Shown here one piece after another: positions 1 through 12,869 of a stretch of 64,000 bases of DNA. A model generated the notes under the pieces. The model saw only the letters and a program-made list of their open reading frames with translations. It searched no databases and had not been told where the DNA came from. The position numbers and the translations under genes are program-made. Position 1 is the stretch's first letter. Every line of letters begins with the position of its first letter. This DNA comes from Ophelia neglecta (taxonomy: Eukaryota): NCBI GenBank assembly GCA_965285935.1, contig OZ260663.1:56358001-56422000 (forward strand), given 5' to 3'.

Positions 1-3000
1 TAAAATGTGACAATGGGCCTACATGTGGTTCTGAGCAAGCAGAAGCAGGACCTAGTGTCAGCAATGATTTAGGAAATGAAGAGTGTAATGGGGAAATAGA
101 AAAAGGTACATTTGAATTGGTCTTTTTAATTCTTGAGTAAGAGAAGTTTTTATTTTTTATTTTTGTACACCTATTGCCAGCACTAAGAAAAGAGTCGGGA
201 TGTAAATAGATTATATGGTTTAAAATTGGAACTGATTCCAAGCTAGACTTTTAATTTTATCAGTGTGTAACAGTTATAAAGCAATCTTAATATCCAGAAT
301 TACAAACATGCCATGGCCTGAGTATATAACCACTCCCCCAACCCACCTCCATTTGCCTTCCAGCCCCTGCAAATCAAAATTTAGATTCTTAAAATTGCTC
401 TCAAAAAGACATATTTTCCTCTTTCATCACAGAAAAGATGGATGCTCTTCTATACCAGTGTTTCCTTCAAGCCTTGAAGACTAATGTCAAGCCAAAGACA
501 GATCTGCCCATTCTCACAAGCAAATTCTTCAAAGCACATTTACAAGTATGCTGGTAAGCTGCTGTATTTCATATTAACTTAATGACAAGCATAAATGCCT
601 GCTTTGTACCGTTCGCATTTTAAACTGTCCCATGCTACAAAGATTAACTAACCAAGAGTAAACTGTTATATTTACAGCCCACCTGGAGAATCTTTGGATG
701 TGAAAAAGTCAAGTTATAAAAAATTGACAAAATTTCTTGCTGCTATGCAAAAGCAGGAATTCATAAAAGTAAAGGAATTGAGTAAAGGCGTTGAAAGTAT
801 TATTGAAGTCTACAAGGATCACCCGGAGTGAGTCTATTGTCTGTGACAGTATCTTTACCAGCTACTTTTCATAAGAATATTTTATTGTTAGAAAAAAAAT
901 AGTTATATATGTTTAAAAAATCTTGCTTATTGTATAGAATCATTATAATATTACATCCTTATGAAGAGGCACAACTTTTATGCTTTGTAGCAAAAAAAGA
1001 ATGGAATTTTGATATAACAGTAGATCTACATATAAAGTTGATATTGAATCACCCAAAAAATTATATAACATGACCCTCTTGTTTCCAGCGTGAGAGGTTT
1101 TGTCATCCCTGACCATCCAGCTGGTCCAGCTTTTCCTGCAGACCCCTCTGACACCCAGAAGAGACCTCTTGTGCAGATCACAGACCTGTTCATGGTGTCC
1201 TCGGTAACAGCCCTGCTATTTGGACAACACAGGTATGGCACTCCGCAACCTGTATTCACTCTATTTAATTTTTTTTATAAAGATTTTTGTAATCAAATGG
1301 TTGAATTTGTTGTTATGATAATATTTTTACATAAATATTCAAAAAAAAACATAAGTAGGTTATATATGTAATATAGTTTTTTTTACAGTTTGTTAACAAA
1401 CAATAGACTATTATAAAGTAATTTAATTATTTCACACATCAGGAGATCTTAGAGGTGTAGTTCTGAGCAACAGTCTTTATAAATAATAATACCCGGTAAT
1501 TCAGTTTGCCTCCTTTTCTCTGAATGTTCACAGTATATGTCTCATATCTCCATTTCTTTTTATTCTGATTTTCCCGACTTGTTTTCAAGGAAAGGAGCTG
1601 CATTGACAGCACAAGCAGTGAGGCAGGCAATCATTGATTATGTGACTGCTGAGGGATTAGAAAATGCTAATAGAAAAGGGTAAATTATTGCATAATCATT
1701 TATGCTTGTATGTTACCAGTATTTAAAGGGTATGTACAGAGTATTTGTCAGACATTTTTGGTGCTTATATGCAAGTTGCATGTAAATCTTGCTTCTCTTC
1801 AAAAGATGAAAATTTAAGCTACAAATGTACAACAAAGTATCCATGTTGGTATGATTTTATAAACTTTTTTTTACTCTAGACATACATGTACAATGAAATA
1901 GCAGTGGGTGTTATTTATTTTGTTTAGATTTGTGACATTGGGCCCAGTGCTAAGTGATGTGGCCTTGAACAGAGGAGAATACATAGAGGTACTACGGTTG
2001 GATGACCTAACATCCCGTGTGATTGGCAAGATGAACCCTGCTCACCAAATCAGCCTACCCGGACAGAAGCCAATCATCAAAAAAGGGAAAATCGAGCCTA
2101 TTATAATATCTGTTGCCCAACGCGGTGGTAACAAAAAGGTGACTATTCAATATAATTACATGTACGAGACAACACTGGCAACACAGGCAAAGTTTTCCTG
2201 TATTCTACATGCCCTCTGCCTATGTTCAAATCAGTTTGACCGATTTAAAATTCAAATTGTGCAAAAATATATCTTAAATATAAAATGTAATGAAACTTAA
2301 GGTCTCACTGTCACAAAGGCATTAGGCACATGGAAGATTAAATGCATTTAAGACAATACCCAGGATCAGACACCAGGATCAGACATATTTTCTATTTATA
2401 TTTCCCTGTAGGTGACTCTGGTTCACAATTTAGAGACTTATGGCATTGAGCCTTCCGAGCTAGCCCATGATGTACAGATAGGCGTGGCCTGCAGTACCTC
2501 AGTCAGCCCTCTGCCAGGAAAAAACAAAGGACTAGAAGTACTGGTCCAAGGCAACCAAATCAACTTTATAGCCGGCCTTTTAGATAGTAAGTGAAAGAAA
2601 CTTGTTCCTGATCATGTTATATTATTAATACACCATTAATTACCACAATTACCTAATAACCAAATTACAGAGTTTATTGGCTGCATGTTGTCTTAACATT
2701 CATTGAGTGGGTGCCTTAGTAACACTTGTCCTTCCGACATTTATATATAGTCTTGAATTTATTTTCTCTGTGAATATGATCAGATGTTGTTTTTTCCCAT
2801 GAATTAAAGAACTCCAATCCACCTTTAAGCTATTTACTTGCTATTTAGAAACCATATCAGGCTTCATTTTTAGCTTTATATCAATAATTTGACATAATGT
2901 GATTGACTTCTGCTCTGCTATGAAACATGAACTAATTTACAAGAATTTCAAAGCAAAACCGTACAAGATATAGCCCGTTGAAAAATAACATGAAATGAAG

Positions 3001-3110
3001 ACATTTCACATTTACCGGTTATATTATTGTTTCCAGACAAGTATGGTGTTCATAGGAAATACATGCAAGGACTTGAGAAGGCACCGAAATCAGGAAAGAA
3101 GAAGAAATGA
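1..3110 (+). CDS. EIF2D: Eukaryotic translation initiation factor 2D (ligatin), 3' part; gene begins upstream of the window
   Basis: Exons <1-105, 433-553, 678-827, 1089-1232, 1590-1679, 1928-2138, 2412-2586, 3037-3110, all GT-AG and phase-consistent. Spliced protein contains MDALLYQCFLQALK..DLPILTSKF..LDVKKSSYKKLTKFL..VKELSKGVESI, a SWIB-like segment, the SUI1 domain (IEPIIISVAQRGGNKKVTLVHNLETYGI..VLVQGNQINFIAGLL) and ends KYMQGLEKAPKSGKKKK*, closely matching human eIF2D as recalled. Confidence 0.95.
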
Positions 3111-4057
3111 GTCAGCAGAGAAATAATAACCCCATTATGGGCAATCAAATATTGTCTTTTCTGCGATACCAGTAATATATAATGAGCTTCCAGATTCAGG
3201 GTATTTCAGAAGTTGGTTCTATTTTTGCTTAATGGTGGATATTAGTATTAATTGGGATACATTTGTATGGTATATTTAAATATACCAGTCAAATGGCAGT
3301 ATTGCCAGAGGTGAATACTATCTGTGCAGGCATATCTAACAGAAAACCATGCAGTTATAATTTCTATATACATCGATTCACTTTACAGTGCCAAGGCAAC
3401 CCATCAGTGACTCCAGATTCTTAGTTTTGAGACAAAACATTTAAATGACATTATCTTGTCCAATCTTTACTTTCTTTTAGAACATGATGTGAACCGGGTC
3501 AAACATTGATCAAGGTATACAAGTACTTTGTGCATGAATATACAAAACATTACACCAGTTTCTGTAAATGCCTAGTGTGGATGGTTTACTGTTCTTTCCT
3601 GTTGTAATTTCACCTACTGTTACCTACTGTCTTCGGCCTTTGCAAGCCTGAGTTACTGTATTTGCCCTAGCATAGCCTGAGTTATTGTGTTTTGCCATGG
3701 TATGGCTGCAGTATCTGATTCATACAGAACCATAATTCTTGGTGGGGCTGCCTACTTTCACTTATGTTATCTACTTTATACATGTAATTCGACACTGGAC
3801 CGCTTGAAGTAGACCCTCCTCTGCATGGGTTGCATCTCAGTTGTGTGAGGACATTTGCCTTAGTTTCTCTTACTATCCATTTACTAGAAGGTATTTAGTT
3901 TAACTGAAACATCATCAGGAAACAATGCAGATATGAACCTCAGAGACAAGTTAATGCTGCCTTATGATGCTCCGTTATTTATTTTATAATTACTGCATAT
4001 GTAAAAAAAAAACAATCCTTTGTATTTCATGTTTATGGTGCATACATACTGAAAGTT

Positions 4058-4063
4058 AATAAA
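4058..4063 (+). promoter_or_regulatory. Candidate polyadenylation signal of eIF2D
   Basis: AATAAA ~950 nt after the stop in AT-rich 3' sequence, followed by T-rich sequence. Confidence 0.4.
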
Positions 4064-4990
4064 TGTCAGTCTGGTATAATTATTATTCTTCGAATATCAA
4101 TATTTAATAGTATACTACATACACCGTGATCATATTGAGCAATTTGAAAGCATCGCAGTTGTATATTAAAATGAACGTGTATATGAAATACATTCTGCCT
4201 TTGTTTTACATTTTATTTGTTTAGTTCTTTCTTTCCTTGGTTTTTCTATCAGTCTCTTGTTTTCTGCATTTGCATATAAATGACGAAGACACGTAAGGAA
4301 AATGCAGGTGGCTTTTGCAGGTGGCTTTTTCAGCTGAAAAAATTATCTTAAATATGCATGCATGTGGAGGGGAAATTATTCAATAAGTATAAACCACACC
4401 CAGTATAACTCACAGGTCCTTCCATACAAGAGCTACCTGCTATCAATTGTGAAGCTAAAAAACAAAAACTATAGCTAACTAAACCTTCAAGAACTCTCAA
4501 ACTGTAAATTCTTAAATCTGTCAATCTGCTTAAACAGTTGATAGAGGGTACTAACACCTAGTGGAGCAGGGTTGTGCCATGTACAGCTACATGGCCGAAA
4601 GATTAGATGAGACCTATCTGTGAAAAATATCCCATAGTAGTTACATGTTCAGAGCAAAAGATAAAATGAACCACCCACCCACCAATCCCCTCCCACCCCC
4701 TGTAGATACATATTTAGACCTGAAATGTAACGCAGGCCCTATAGAAATTAATTTAGGCGATGAATTATGATGAAATACATCACAAACACCACTTCAGTCT
4801 ACGCTTTACCAGAGGTAGATTCAAATTACATAAATATTTGTAATTATTTTTGAATAGAAGTTCTGTATTAGAAAAGTAAACCTCTAACGACGGAGGTTTT
4901 TAAAATATAAAATAATCAATTTAGCAGCCTATGTAGCCCTCTATTTTTATAAACCTATTTTATGATATGTGCAATCACGTCTCTCTCTCC

Positions 4991-5126
4991 NNNNNNNNNN
5001 NNNNNNNNNNNNNNNNNNNNNNNNNNNNNNNNNNNNNNNNNNNNNNNNNNNNNNNNNNNNNNNNNNNNNNNNNNNNNNNNNNNNNNNNNNNNNNNNNNNN
5101 NNNNNNNNNNNNNNNNNNNNNNNNNN
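4991..5126. other. Assembly gap (136 N)
   Basis: Run of N preceded by a (CT)n tract, suggesting the scaffold breaks in a microsatellite. Confidence 0.99.
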
Positions 5127-5573
5127 CAACTGCCTATAGGTGGCATGTTAAAATGAAGAAAGCTATAATTACCGAAATGTTGCTCGAGGGGAAACATAGA
5201 CAAGATCGAGCCTTGGCCGGCCTTTGATATAGGCCTATACAGTCATGATTTATGGTTTCTTGAATTCTTTGTTTACCTCATGATACCTGAATACTCGCGC
5301 ATATTTTATGAGTCTCCTGTCGCAATGAGCACGAATATCTCCGAACTGGTTAGTGCCGATGACCCGGGGTTGATGAATCAGTCTTTGTAAACGTATATTT
5401 TCACTCCAGCATCCCAGGCCTGTAGAGTTTGGTATGTTATGGCATGGATGCGCAGCATTTGGCGACTTTTTATTAACTCGGCGGCGTCATCCATGTTCTA
5501 GTTTCTTCGAAAACTTTCTTATTAAAAAACACAGGATACCACAGGATATACCTCCAAGTTTGTTGAAGTCAAC

Positions 5574-8500
5574 ATGGCCTTGGATTCAGGTCAGTGTGAA
5601 TTATTTAGTTCACAACTGTTTTTCTGTTTAAAATATCTCAAACATATTGTTGTTCCTCAGGGGGTAAAGAATGCTGTCATGTTTCAAGCAAAAATCTCCA
5701 TGGAAATTTGCATTACCTGAAATACGTTTCAGATAGCAACGACGATGAAATAATAATGAAAACAATTATTTTAAAAGACATTAAAATGGAAGTCTGTGTG
5801 TGCCTTCGTATGTTGTAGATCTCGGTTTTTGCTCCTGGAATTCAAGAGACATATGAATGAGGTTTGAAAGAAAAAGGAAGCATATTAACTTTTTATCATG
5901 TTCCATTTTCGAAGTAGAAAATATTGAGAATATACAATTATATACCTAGTGAGAGTATTTGAGCAAGTATATACCTGGTATAACCTGCCGTGCAGGTGTA
6001 TGTGACTTATTTAAGGCTAGCTTCATCGCCTAGGGACAACTACACTACATGAATATTTATTGTCCCTTTAATTGTGTTATATAAAGTGTATAAATTAATT
6101 TGCCTTTACTCGCCAAATATCTTCGTTTATTCATTATTTTGGGTCAAATGCTAAATTGCCTTAAAACAATTAAATTCGGGGGAGGGCATTTACGAGTTTT
6201 AACAATAATATTTAGTTTAAAGGGAAAACCGTCATTTTAACGATACCATTATAATATTATGTGACAGAACCAGGCATATTTAATAGTAACAAACGCCCAC
6301 ACGTGGAATGTTTATCGCCTTTAAATTATAAGAATTAAGGCACTAATGCATTCCAAATCCTTGAATACATGACATTAATTTTGTAAATTTGCGAAGGGAT
6401 ATGTTTAACGTTTGCCTTACTTTGCGATAAGTTTTTTTTTTTCATTTGAGACAATATGTATAGCCAAATATGTTCCGTACCTGTGCTTATTTCGCCACAC
6501 ATAAAAACACATTTTCAGCCATCAGCGTCTCTGCTGACTCATGAAATGGGCCAATTTAACTGGCTAGGTACTCGAAATTACTGAATCAAGTAAGACCCAG
6601 TATATTCCAGCCACCATGATTATACGTCAGTTAAGAATCATTTAGTAAACAATGTCGAATTCGTGCAGTTACTTACAATAGATACCCGCGGTTCCAGACG
6701 ACATAGCCTACTAGTGGGAGACTTCTAAGACTCCGGGCCCAGGGGCCATTATTCTCAGGCTCAAAGTGTTTCGCTGCAAGCGATCTTTTTTATCACTTTT
6801 CACATATAGGCATATATAGGTTAAGATTGTTAACACTCTGTGTATATTTAGTTTGAGCTGGGGTACAACTTTTATTTCATGTGTATACATGCATTTCTGG
6901 TTAGTAAATATAATATATAATAATAGTAGTCGCATTTATATATATAGCGCTCAGAATCCTAGGTATGTCAAGTTTAAAGGCGTCTCAAAATAACATATGG
7001 CCAAACCGTCTTTGCTACAAATAAAAGAAGTGCTTTATCAAAAAAGTAATCAGATCTAAAAGAAATGCGTTATTTGATTTAAAAATATATAAAATTGAAA
7101 GAGAGTTATCACAGATAAACCAGCACGGATACCTACGGACTATTGGTCTTCATAAGCCACCCTTAACAAGTGGGGCTATAGAGTTGCCGTTTCAACCAAC
7201 CTACAGACTCAGCAGATCTTACTTGAGCCGGTAAGGAATTAAGAAATGTGCGACCGTTTGCTCTAAATTTTCGGTCACCAGCCGTGACCTAGACGGTCGT
7301 GTTTTCGGTACGAGTAGTGTATTTGACTGCGACAATAGAACACGAGTGAGCTCGTATCCCTGCAGCAGCTCGGAGATGTACACAATAACACACATAAGGG
7401 GAGTTAAATATTTAGTTGTAAATCAAAGAAGTCATAGGGTGCAACATTTCTAGGAGGTTTCAAGCTGGCAGAAGCATGTACATAGTAGGTTTGGCATTGC
7501 AGAAGAAGAATGCTGAAATGTCATTAAGGGCTTTCAAATTTTTAGCTTCTTTTGTGTACATGAAGCTATTTTCTGCCTTGTATGACACTTTATCGGTTTT
7601 GAACAGCAAGGAAGTTTAAACTAACCTTTTTCTGTGACATTTCTGTAATCAATTCAATCGTTTACCGTCAATATATCTAGGTGAACGTATTTTTACATTT
7701 ATTCTACTATTTAAAGCTTAATTAAGTGTGAGTTATGGTATTATTATTAACTTAAAGACATGTCGTTTCAGCCCCGGCTTGTCCGCTACTTGTGGATGAT
7801 ATTATAGTGTCGTCTGCCGACCTGGTTGTGAACACGACTATCCGCACAGCCGGCAGTGTCGTGTCCGTATCATGTCGACATGGATACAATTTGGAAGGTA
7901 GCGCCATCCTGAAATGTGAAAAGGGAGAGTGGGATCACCCTACACCCCTTTGTGCAGGTCCGTCCCTTTTAAACATCCTAGAAAATCGAAATATAAAAAC
8001 TGCACATGGAAATGATAAACATTAAATACAAAGCTTTATAGTTTGCCAATTATAAAAAAAATCAATTTTTCCCCATAAAATAGTAATTACGAACAAAGTT
8101 TGTTCTGAAAAATTGTAGTACAGCTGGCATGCTGCATTTAAGATTGAGGATATTGTTAAATAAAGCTTAAGTTGCAGGTGAGCTATTTCATTATTTTCTT
8201 TGGCAATTTTAATTTGGCGAATTGAAATCACCAAATTTAGACACACGCGTAAGCGTATTGTTGAAAAATTAGTTTACTCGTGACTAGAATACTGATAATC
8301 GTCCCTAGTATTTGCCTCTACAGTGAAACCTGGAAATTAGGTGTGTTAAAGTGCCCTGTTTTCTAAGGTGCCCCTAATTTCAAGGTTATTTTACATATAA
8401 AACGATATCTTGGGTCCTAATGTAGCTGTCCCTAATTTCCAGGTGCCCTTTAGACTAGGTTTCACTGTATATGTAAAATAACCGTAATGGTGTTTGAATA

Positions 8501-10181
8501 GGCTAAGTGAGTTTGTAAAAAAAATTAAAGTGACGCTTCTTGATCGCGCCGAGATTAAGAAAACCAGGACTAAGTTCGCACATGTGTTGCTATTCAAAAT
8601 TGCCTAACGTGTTAGATATATGTATAGGCTGTCAAATGCTATAAAAACTATGTCTTATATAGCTTAGCACTGTTTTAGCTGGCTTGTTAACCTAAATAAA
8701 AGGATCACACGACTACATGTATTTCCAGTTCCGTCAGCGAGCCCAGAACCAGAAGGTCACTCCTTGCCAGAAAGAGACATCATAATCATAGCCGTTTGTT
8801 GCGGAGTGGTAGTGCTCATCCTAATCGGGTTGATCGTGTGTATACTTCTGTATCGGCGTCTGCAGCAGACACAGAGGGAGAAGCCCCTCCACTATCTTCG
8901 ATCCTCCCGGGGCGTCTACCCGCCATACCCTCTTAGCTGGTGAATATTCCTTTAAGTTGCCAGTACCTCAATTGACATCATGGTCATGACTTTTCTACTC
9001 CTGCTTTAAAAGCATCATATGCACTGGTGGAAGGTTAAAGTTTTTTATCCTCGCCATTAGAAGGGGTTCGATTATGCAATATATTTGGTTTCCCTTCTCT
9101 AGGTACATGACCCCGGGGGTCCAGTCATCCCCTAGTGTAGTAAGTGCGCCACCCACCAGTCTACCAGGCTTCATCTACCCTAACCGGGCACGTAATAAGT
9201 ACGATATTGTTGACACAGGATTGGACGAGTAAGTGTGCTATAAGTAAAACATATAAAATGCAATTTCATTTCAATGAAATTAACATCTTTGTCAGTGCAT
9301 ACCTTAGGTCACAAATTAAAATGGGAGATAACCCGTATATTATTATCAGTTTCAATGACTGGTCGGAAACAATAACGTGCGTTACTTGTCTGATCTCAAA
9401 CAATGTACCGCTGTTTGTTTACACGCTCCCTGTAAACAGCCATGTTATAAAATCTGATTTTCAATGAACAACAGAAATAATGTTTCGTATCTATAGGCCC
9501 GTGTTTTCGGTTATGTGGGACCCGGACAGAATGGATTGGCACGATTCATTTGACTATACGAGGTGATTTTCTAATGGTTAATTAAAACTTAATTAATTAA
9601 ATCCAAGAAATATGTTATCCAGGTATGACTTTACTGTCTAAGTGCGTAATAGGCCTGTGTCTATGATTTCATAATCGACTTAATAAGGACTGCTTGCCGT
9701 CGGCTATAAATGTCATCCTAACCCTCACCGAGCTTTGGCTATTAGGGGAGCGGAGGGACAAATGGCCATTTCAGAAAAAAGGTGGCTACACTCGATTTTA
9801 AATTCACCATGCAAACGTCACTTAGGCCTATTACAAAAACAAATTGCATTTAGTCTATAGCCCTTTAATCTCTTTATTAGTTTGCTTTGGGTACTGGTTA
9901 TGTCCTCTTTTGCCAGATACTCGTATCTTTAACATAATGTTATCCCAGACTGAACTGAACTCAGATTGTTATACAAAGGCCTTATCAGAAGGCATGTCTC
10001 CTTATTTTGCCATAATAAATTATAATAATTATAATAATTATAATAATTATAATAATTACAGTACAAATATCCTATAAAGGACCATCAATGTTTCATTAAC
10101 TTTTCCAGGTCAAAGTCGATACCAAGACCAAAAGTAAACCACTTTGAGCAATGGGCAGTACCCTACCCGTACACGGACTGA
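5574..10181 (+). CDS. Single sushi/CCP-domain single-pass transmembrane protein (SUSD3-like), ~225 aa
   Basis: Exons 5574-5589 (aacATGG, MALDS), 7772-7957 (CCP domain CPLL..SCRHGYNLEGSAILKCEKGEWDHPTPLC), 8729-8939 (TM IIIIAVCCGVVVLILIGLIVCILLY then RR), 9103-9228, 9497-9562, 10109-10181 (TGA). All GT-AG; total 678 nt, open throughout. First exon is the least certain part. Confidence 0.8.
8321..8467. mobile_element. MITE, Tc1/mariner/pogo-type non-autonomous DNA transposon (147 bp)
   Basis: 11-bp perfect TIRs CAGTGAAACCT..AGGTTTCACTG flanked by TA on both sides; internal repeated CCCTAATTTC/GGTGCCC motifs; in intron 2 of the sushi gene. Confidence 0.85.
10018..10058. repeat. 9-bp tandem repeat (AATTATAAT)x~4.5
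   Basis: Seen directly in the last intron of the sushi gene. Confidence 0.85.
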
Positions 10182-11829
10182 CGCGCTGGCTTTTATAATA
10201 GTTCGTGAAAATGATTTATCTGTTTTCTTACAAGGATTGAAATAATAAAAGAGCAATACCAGAAATATCAAACAGTATAAAGATAAATCAGTTGTGATTT
10301 GAATCATTGCCTTTGTTTTGGAAGCCTGAATCCAATTTCGTGTACAAGTTTACTACATAAAATAGGCATGATAACTATTTTAATAAACCAATTGGCTGAT
10401 ACGGCAAAATTAAACAGTAAAATAATTATATAACCATTGTCACAGAAAATACAAATTATTTCATAGGTGTTATCATTAATAGCAGCATGAATAAGCAGTA
10501 TAAGAAAAGATCTATTAGAACAGAAGCATCAGGATGATGTATCAGGATCAGGCATAACTTAACAAACACATGGATATAAACTACAATACATCTGACAGCT
10601 TATATCAGTTACAAGCCACGGGACGGACACCTAAAGTGAAACGGCTGCATTCCGCAAAGTATAGACAAATTGCAAGGAATGTATAACATGAGTGGTCATG
10701 TTAAAGATCACCGTGCACTATGCATAGACAATAACAAATCCATTCCTACAAGAGTATCCAAACAATCCTTTACAAACGTCCTATTAACACGTTAATCCGT
10801 GAGCCGAGCGAGGTCCTGGCCTCATTCAAGGAGTTGGTTTCACCCAAAGAGTAGCAAACAGAGTTTAGTACCGAAATGAAAGCTGAGATCTATATGACAA
10901 AATACTGTCGACTTTTCCATGGAAACTGGGGCTAGAAAAGCCATTAATTACCCCTTTGCCCAATTTCTATTTAAAAACCCCAATAAAGCCACTTTTATTT
11001 TTTGCAAATTATGAGAATAAATATTTTCCATCTATTGGCCTGTACATTAAAGTAAACAGCGCACCAGAGAGAAATATTTATCATGGAAATTTTCCCTGTT
11101 GTTATAAATGGGGTAAATACATGGCCAATGGACACTCACGTTACCCCGTCTGCCTTTTTCATGGTATCGGAAATTCATAGAGTTATAAACTGTGTATTTA
11201 AGTGCATTTACATCCCGAGAGAAATAAAAATCTACTATATAGACCTATAGCTGCTACTAAGCTGAAATCGCTTCTCTGTATATCTTCAATAGCTTTGTCA
11301 TATAATGGTACCGACATGAATTGTGCTATCACCGATATTACCCCTATACCACTTTTTTTGGGAGAACGAGGACTTTTTTATCTTTAAAAAAAATCTTTAT
11401 TATCAAAAAAACATGCACTTTCCAAAATGAACTCTTTCTAGGAAAGGCAAGGAAATGCTTAATAATTCTTATCTTTCTGGACATTCGAAAAAAGTAGAAA
11501 AATATTAACATTATGAAAACATACATGGTCACCTCCTGGCAAACCATTACCTCTTGGAATCGGGCTGAAAAAAACCCTTTTCAGGTTTCGCCGATATGTG
11601 AAGTGGAGAAAACGAGTGGTAAACCGAGTTTAGCCCCATCCCAAGTGATTGGTGCCGTTTAGAGCTTCACAAGAAGACGTTTGGTCCCCAGTTATACTTT
11701 CAATGGTTGTTAATTGTTATTATCATTTTATGATTATTTCATAATTATATATTGTATAAATATCCATTTGATTAAGATCAAATTGTTGTATTACATAGAT
11801 GGCCATACTTATATATAATACGCTCGCTT

Positions 11830-12180
11830 CCAACTGCCCCCTCTCCACCATCAGTTGCCTATTCCCTCGACGGTCCTCCAACTCTTTCAATTCTATACCT
11901 ATCCCATTCAACCCCCCCCCCCCCCCAGCTCTGTCCCATCTAACCCTGCCAACCTACCCCATTCCCCCACCCCACACCCACACATATGATACACCACGTG
12001 TACGTATCATACCAAACACCTCCCCCCTGCATGCTTTCCAGAACCAGCACGTCCTTTCTCATGGCTACACTAATATCAAGCCCAATCACTCGCCCACCTC
12101 ACATGCCCATCCGTGCATCTTCCGCCGCCCCCATCACGTCCCCCTTTTATATATCAACACCCCCTTCTCCCAGCTCCTTC
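11830..12180. repeat. C-rich low-complexity tract upstream of NOX5
   Basis: Poly-C run near 11913-11926 and many CCC/CCA runs; gives spurious Pro/His-rich ORFs. Confidence 0.6.
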
Positions 12181-12869
12181 AAGGTCAAGTTGATTTCATT
12201 GAACCCTCGTTCAAACAACTGACTCCTAATTTGCCTCCTGACTGATGAGAATTTAGCTTATGTGCACGCATTATGCACTTAATTGAATTGAAGTTAATGG
12301 TTCATTGTATCAATTCAACTATCGATATATTTTCACCAAAAGCCTTATAACCAGCATAATTCCGTTGACACCCGTTGATATGTTATTATAAGGTTGAAAT
12401 AACAGTTATTACTAACTGGATGCCCAGATCTGTTAGGTACATGCGTGTACATGCGCAGCCATCACACTGTTGATGATGATGCAAAGATTGGACTTAGATT
12501 TATTTTTCGGTTAGTATTGGGAATGAACGCCGATACAAATGGATCAACGATCGATAAACATAAGAGTGGGTAGGTAAGATTTTACGTCAATACAAACATA
12601 TTATTCCATTTGAATATGCTTTATAATTAACGTTTAATGAAAAAAAAGCACCTAAGAACCAAATTCATTTTATGTTTACATGATTCGAATCGTGTAAAAT
12701 TAAAGAAGGCTATTTCGAGTACATACCTTTTGTCGTACATGCAATTTAAATGCGAGTTTAATCACTTTGATTTGGATAACAAGCTATACCGGAGGAGGGA
12801 GACACAGACGGAGGGGAGACAAGCGAGGGTGCCAAAGACAAGGAATCAGCTCGCACAATCGACCACGAA

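Noticed and set aside
2360-4330. Short tandem duplications (13 bp at 2360-2385, ~30 bp at 3642-3708, ~14 bp at 4303-4330)
   Set aside because: Ordinary slippage duplications with no sign of function.
4947-5227. ORFs containing long X runs
   Set aside because: Artefacts of the N gap.
7140-7236. Donor-like CCG|GTAAGG as an alternative coding first exon of the sushi gene
   Set aside because: The required phase-1 frame has a TGA just upstream; at most a non-coding exon.
9535-9560. WHDSFDY as a WIRS (WAVE-binding) motif in the sushi protein tail
   Set aside because: The position requiring a bulky hydrophobic residue is His; weak match.
8939-9566. Immediate stop codons on read-through of three consecutive sushi-gene donors
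   Set aside because: Expected for phase-2 introns starting GTRA; not evidence of regulated truncation.
11799-12245. 148-aa Pro/His-rich ORF
   Set aside because: Product of a C-rich low-complexity tract; no domain or splice support.
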